From positions 14,446,001 through 14,510,000 of the forward strand of contig NW_027266286.1 in the NCBI RefSeq assembly GCF_022045235.1: a DNA stretch of 64,000 nucleotides. Reading direction: 5' to 3'. Position 1 is the stretch's first letter, and each line of letters begins with the position of its first letter. The DNA comes from Haliotis cracherodii (taxonomy: Eukaryota). Positions 63,119 through 64,000 of this stretch are shown here, piece by piece. The notes below the pieces were generated by a model. The model saw only the letters and a list, made by a program, of their open reading frames with translations. It did not search any database and was not told the DNA's origin. The translations under genes and the position numbers were made by a program.

Positions 63119-64000
63119 CTGGAGAAATAAATCATGGTAATTGTTTTAATGTATATCAGAAAATCATTTAAGAGTTTATGTTGCAAACAGTCAAAATTAA
63201 TTTTCACATCACAACACTTACACAAGAAATACAGATAGTTTCTGCAAAATAAAACATAATTTAGGTGTTGATGAGGCAGGAAAGATATGAATCTTGAAAT
63301 CCCATTAATACGAACAAATAATTACAACAGTATCCATTTCAACCTTCATGACATGAAATACGACCTATATACATCATCATAATGAAGAATGTTGCAAGGA
63401 ATATTTATCCATTTCACATTCAAGTATTACCAAGGTTTTTTTTTTAAATTACACAAAGAAGTGCATCAATTGTTAATTCAACATGTTGCTAATATGCTGC
63501 AATTCTTGTAACATTAGTTACCTCCATATTTAAGAGGGAAATACTGAATCTTTAAACAAGTGCATTTAATACCGCTAAGTGTGTTTCATATTGCAATATC
63601 CGTACTAGCAGCGAAGATCACAAGTAAACAACGCCGTTGTCATTTTTGCCAGGCTCCGTCAGCTCATGAAGATATGCCCAAGTCTCCCGCAATTTCTTTT
63701 TTTTCTGCAAGTGGATAAAAATTGCCAACTATTTAGTGTAAAAGCCAACACAGCTACTAATTCTACTTACAAAGAGCCCGTATGAAAAAATTGATGTCAG
63801 TCATAGATGATCATGTTGATCTCTTGTATATCTAACCACTGCCTCTTTCAAAATAATTTAGAAAAATTAAATAATTTTTATCAAAAGACATGATTATTTT
63901 ATCACATAAAACATGTCATGAAATTTCATGACTATGACATTTAAAATGTTGGTCAAAGAAAAACTTTTTTTCAGTCAAACCTCTTCAAATTAAATGCATA

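Overview
Repeat-rich animal genomic DNA. The SINE/LINE repertoire and AT content suggest a mollusc, possibly an abalone-like gastropod (inference). Three host genes are visible: (1) the first two coding exons of a type I PKS/FAS-like ketosynthase gene on the minus strand, running off the left edge; (2) a complete 3-coding-exon, ~859-aa Patched-domain (PTCHD3/PTR-like, RND/sterol-sensing) gene on the plus strand at 49416-52292; (3) the terminal coding exon of an unidentified minus-strand gene at 62855-63118. The PKS and Patched-like genes are divergent, with no other recognisable host gene in the 48 kb between them. Candidate TATA promoters with non-coding first exons point outwards at ~8.9/16.6 kb (-) and ~18.8/25.2 kb (+). 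The interval holds an older ~4-7 kb segmental duplication, a recent ~6.4 kb tandem duplication, a 64-bp minisatellite expanded in one duplicate only, Polinton integrase remnants, Tc1 elements, a decayed Gypsy element, several LINE remnants and at least four SINE families. One SINE is split in two: its halves keep a matching 12-bp TSD and enclose an ~8 kb segment carrying a circularly permuted Tc1, which suggests integration of a DNA circle. All family calls are from motif recognition only; no searches were run.
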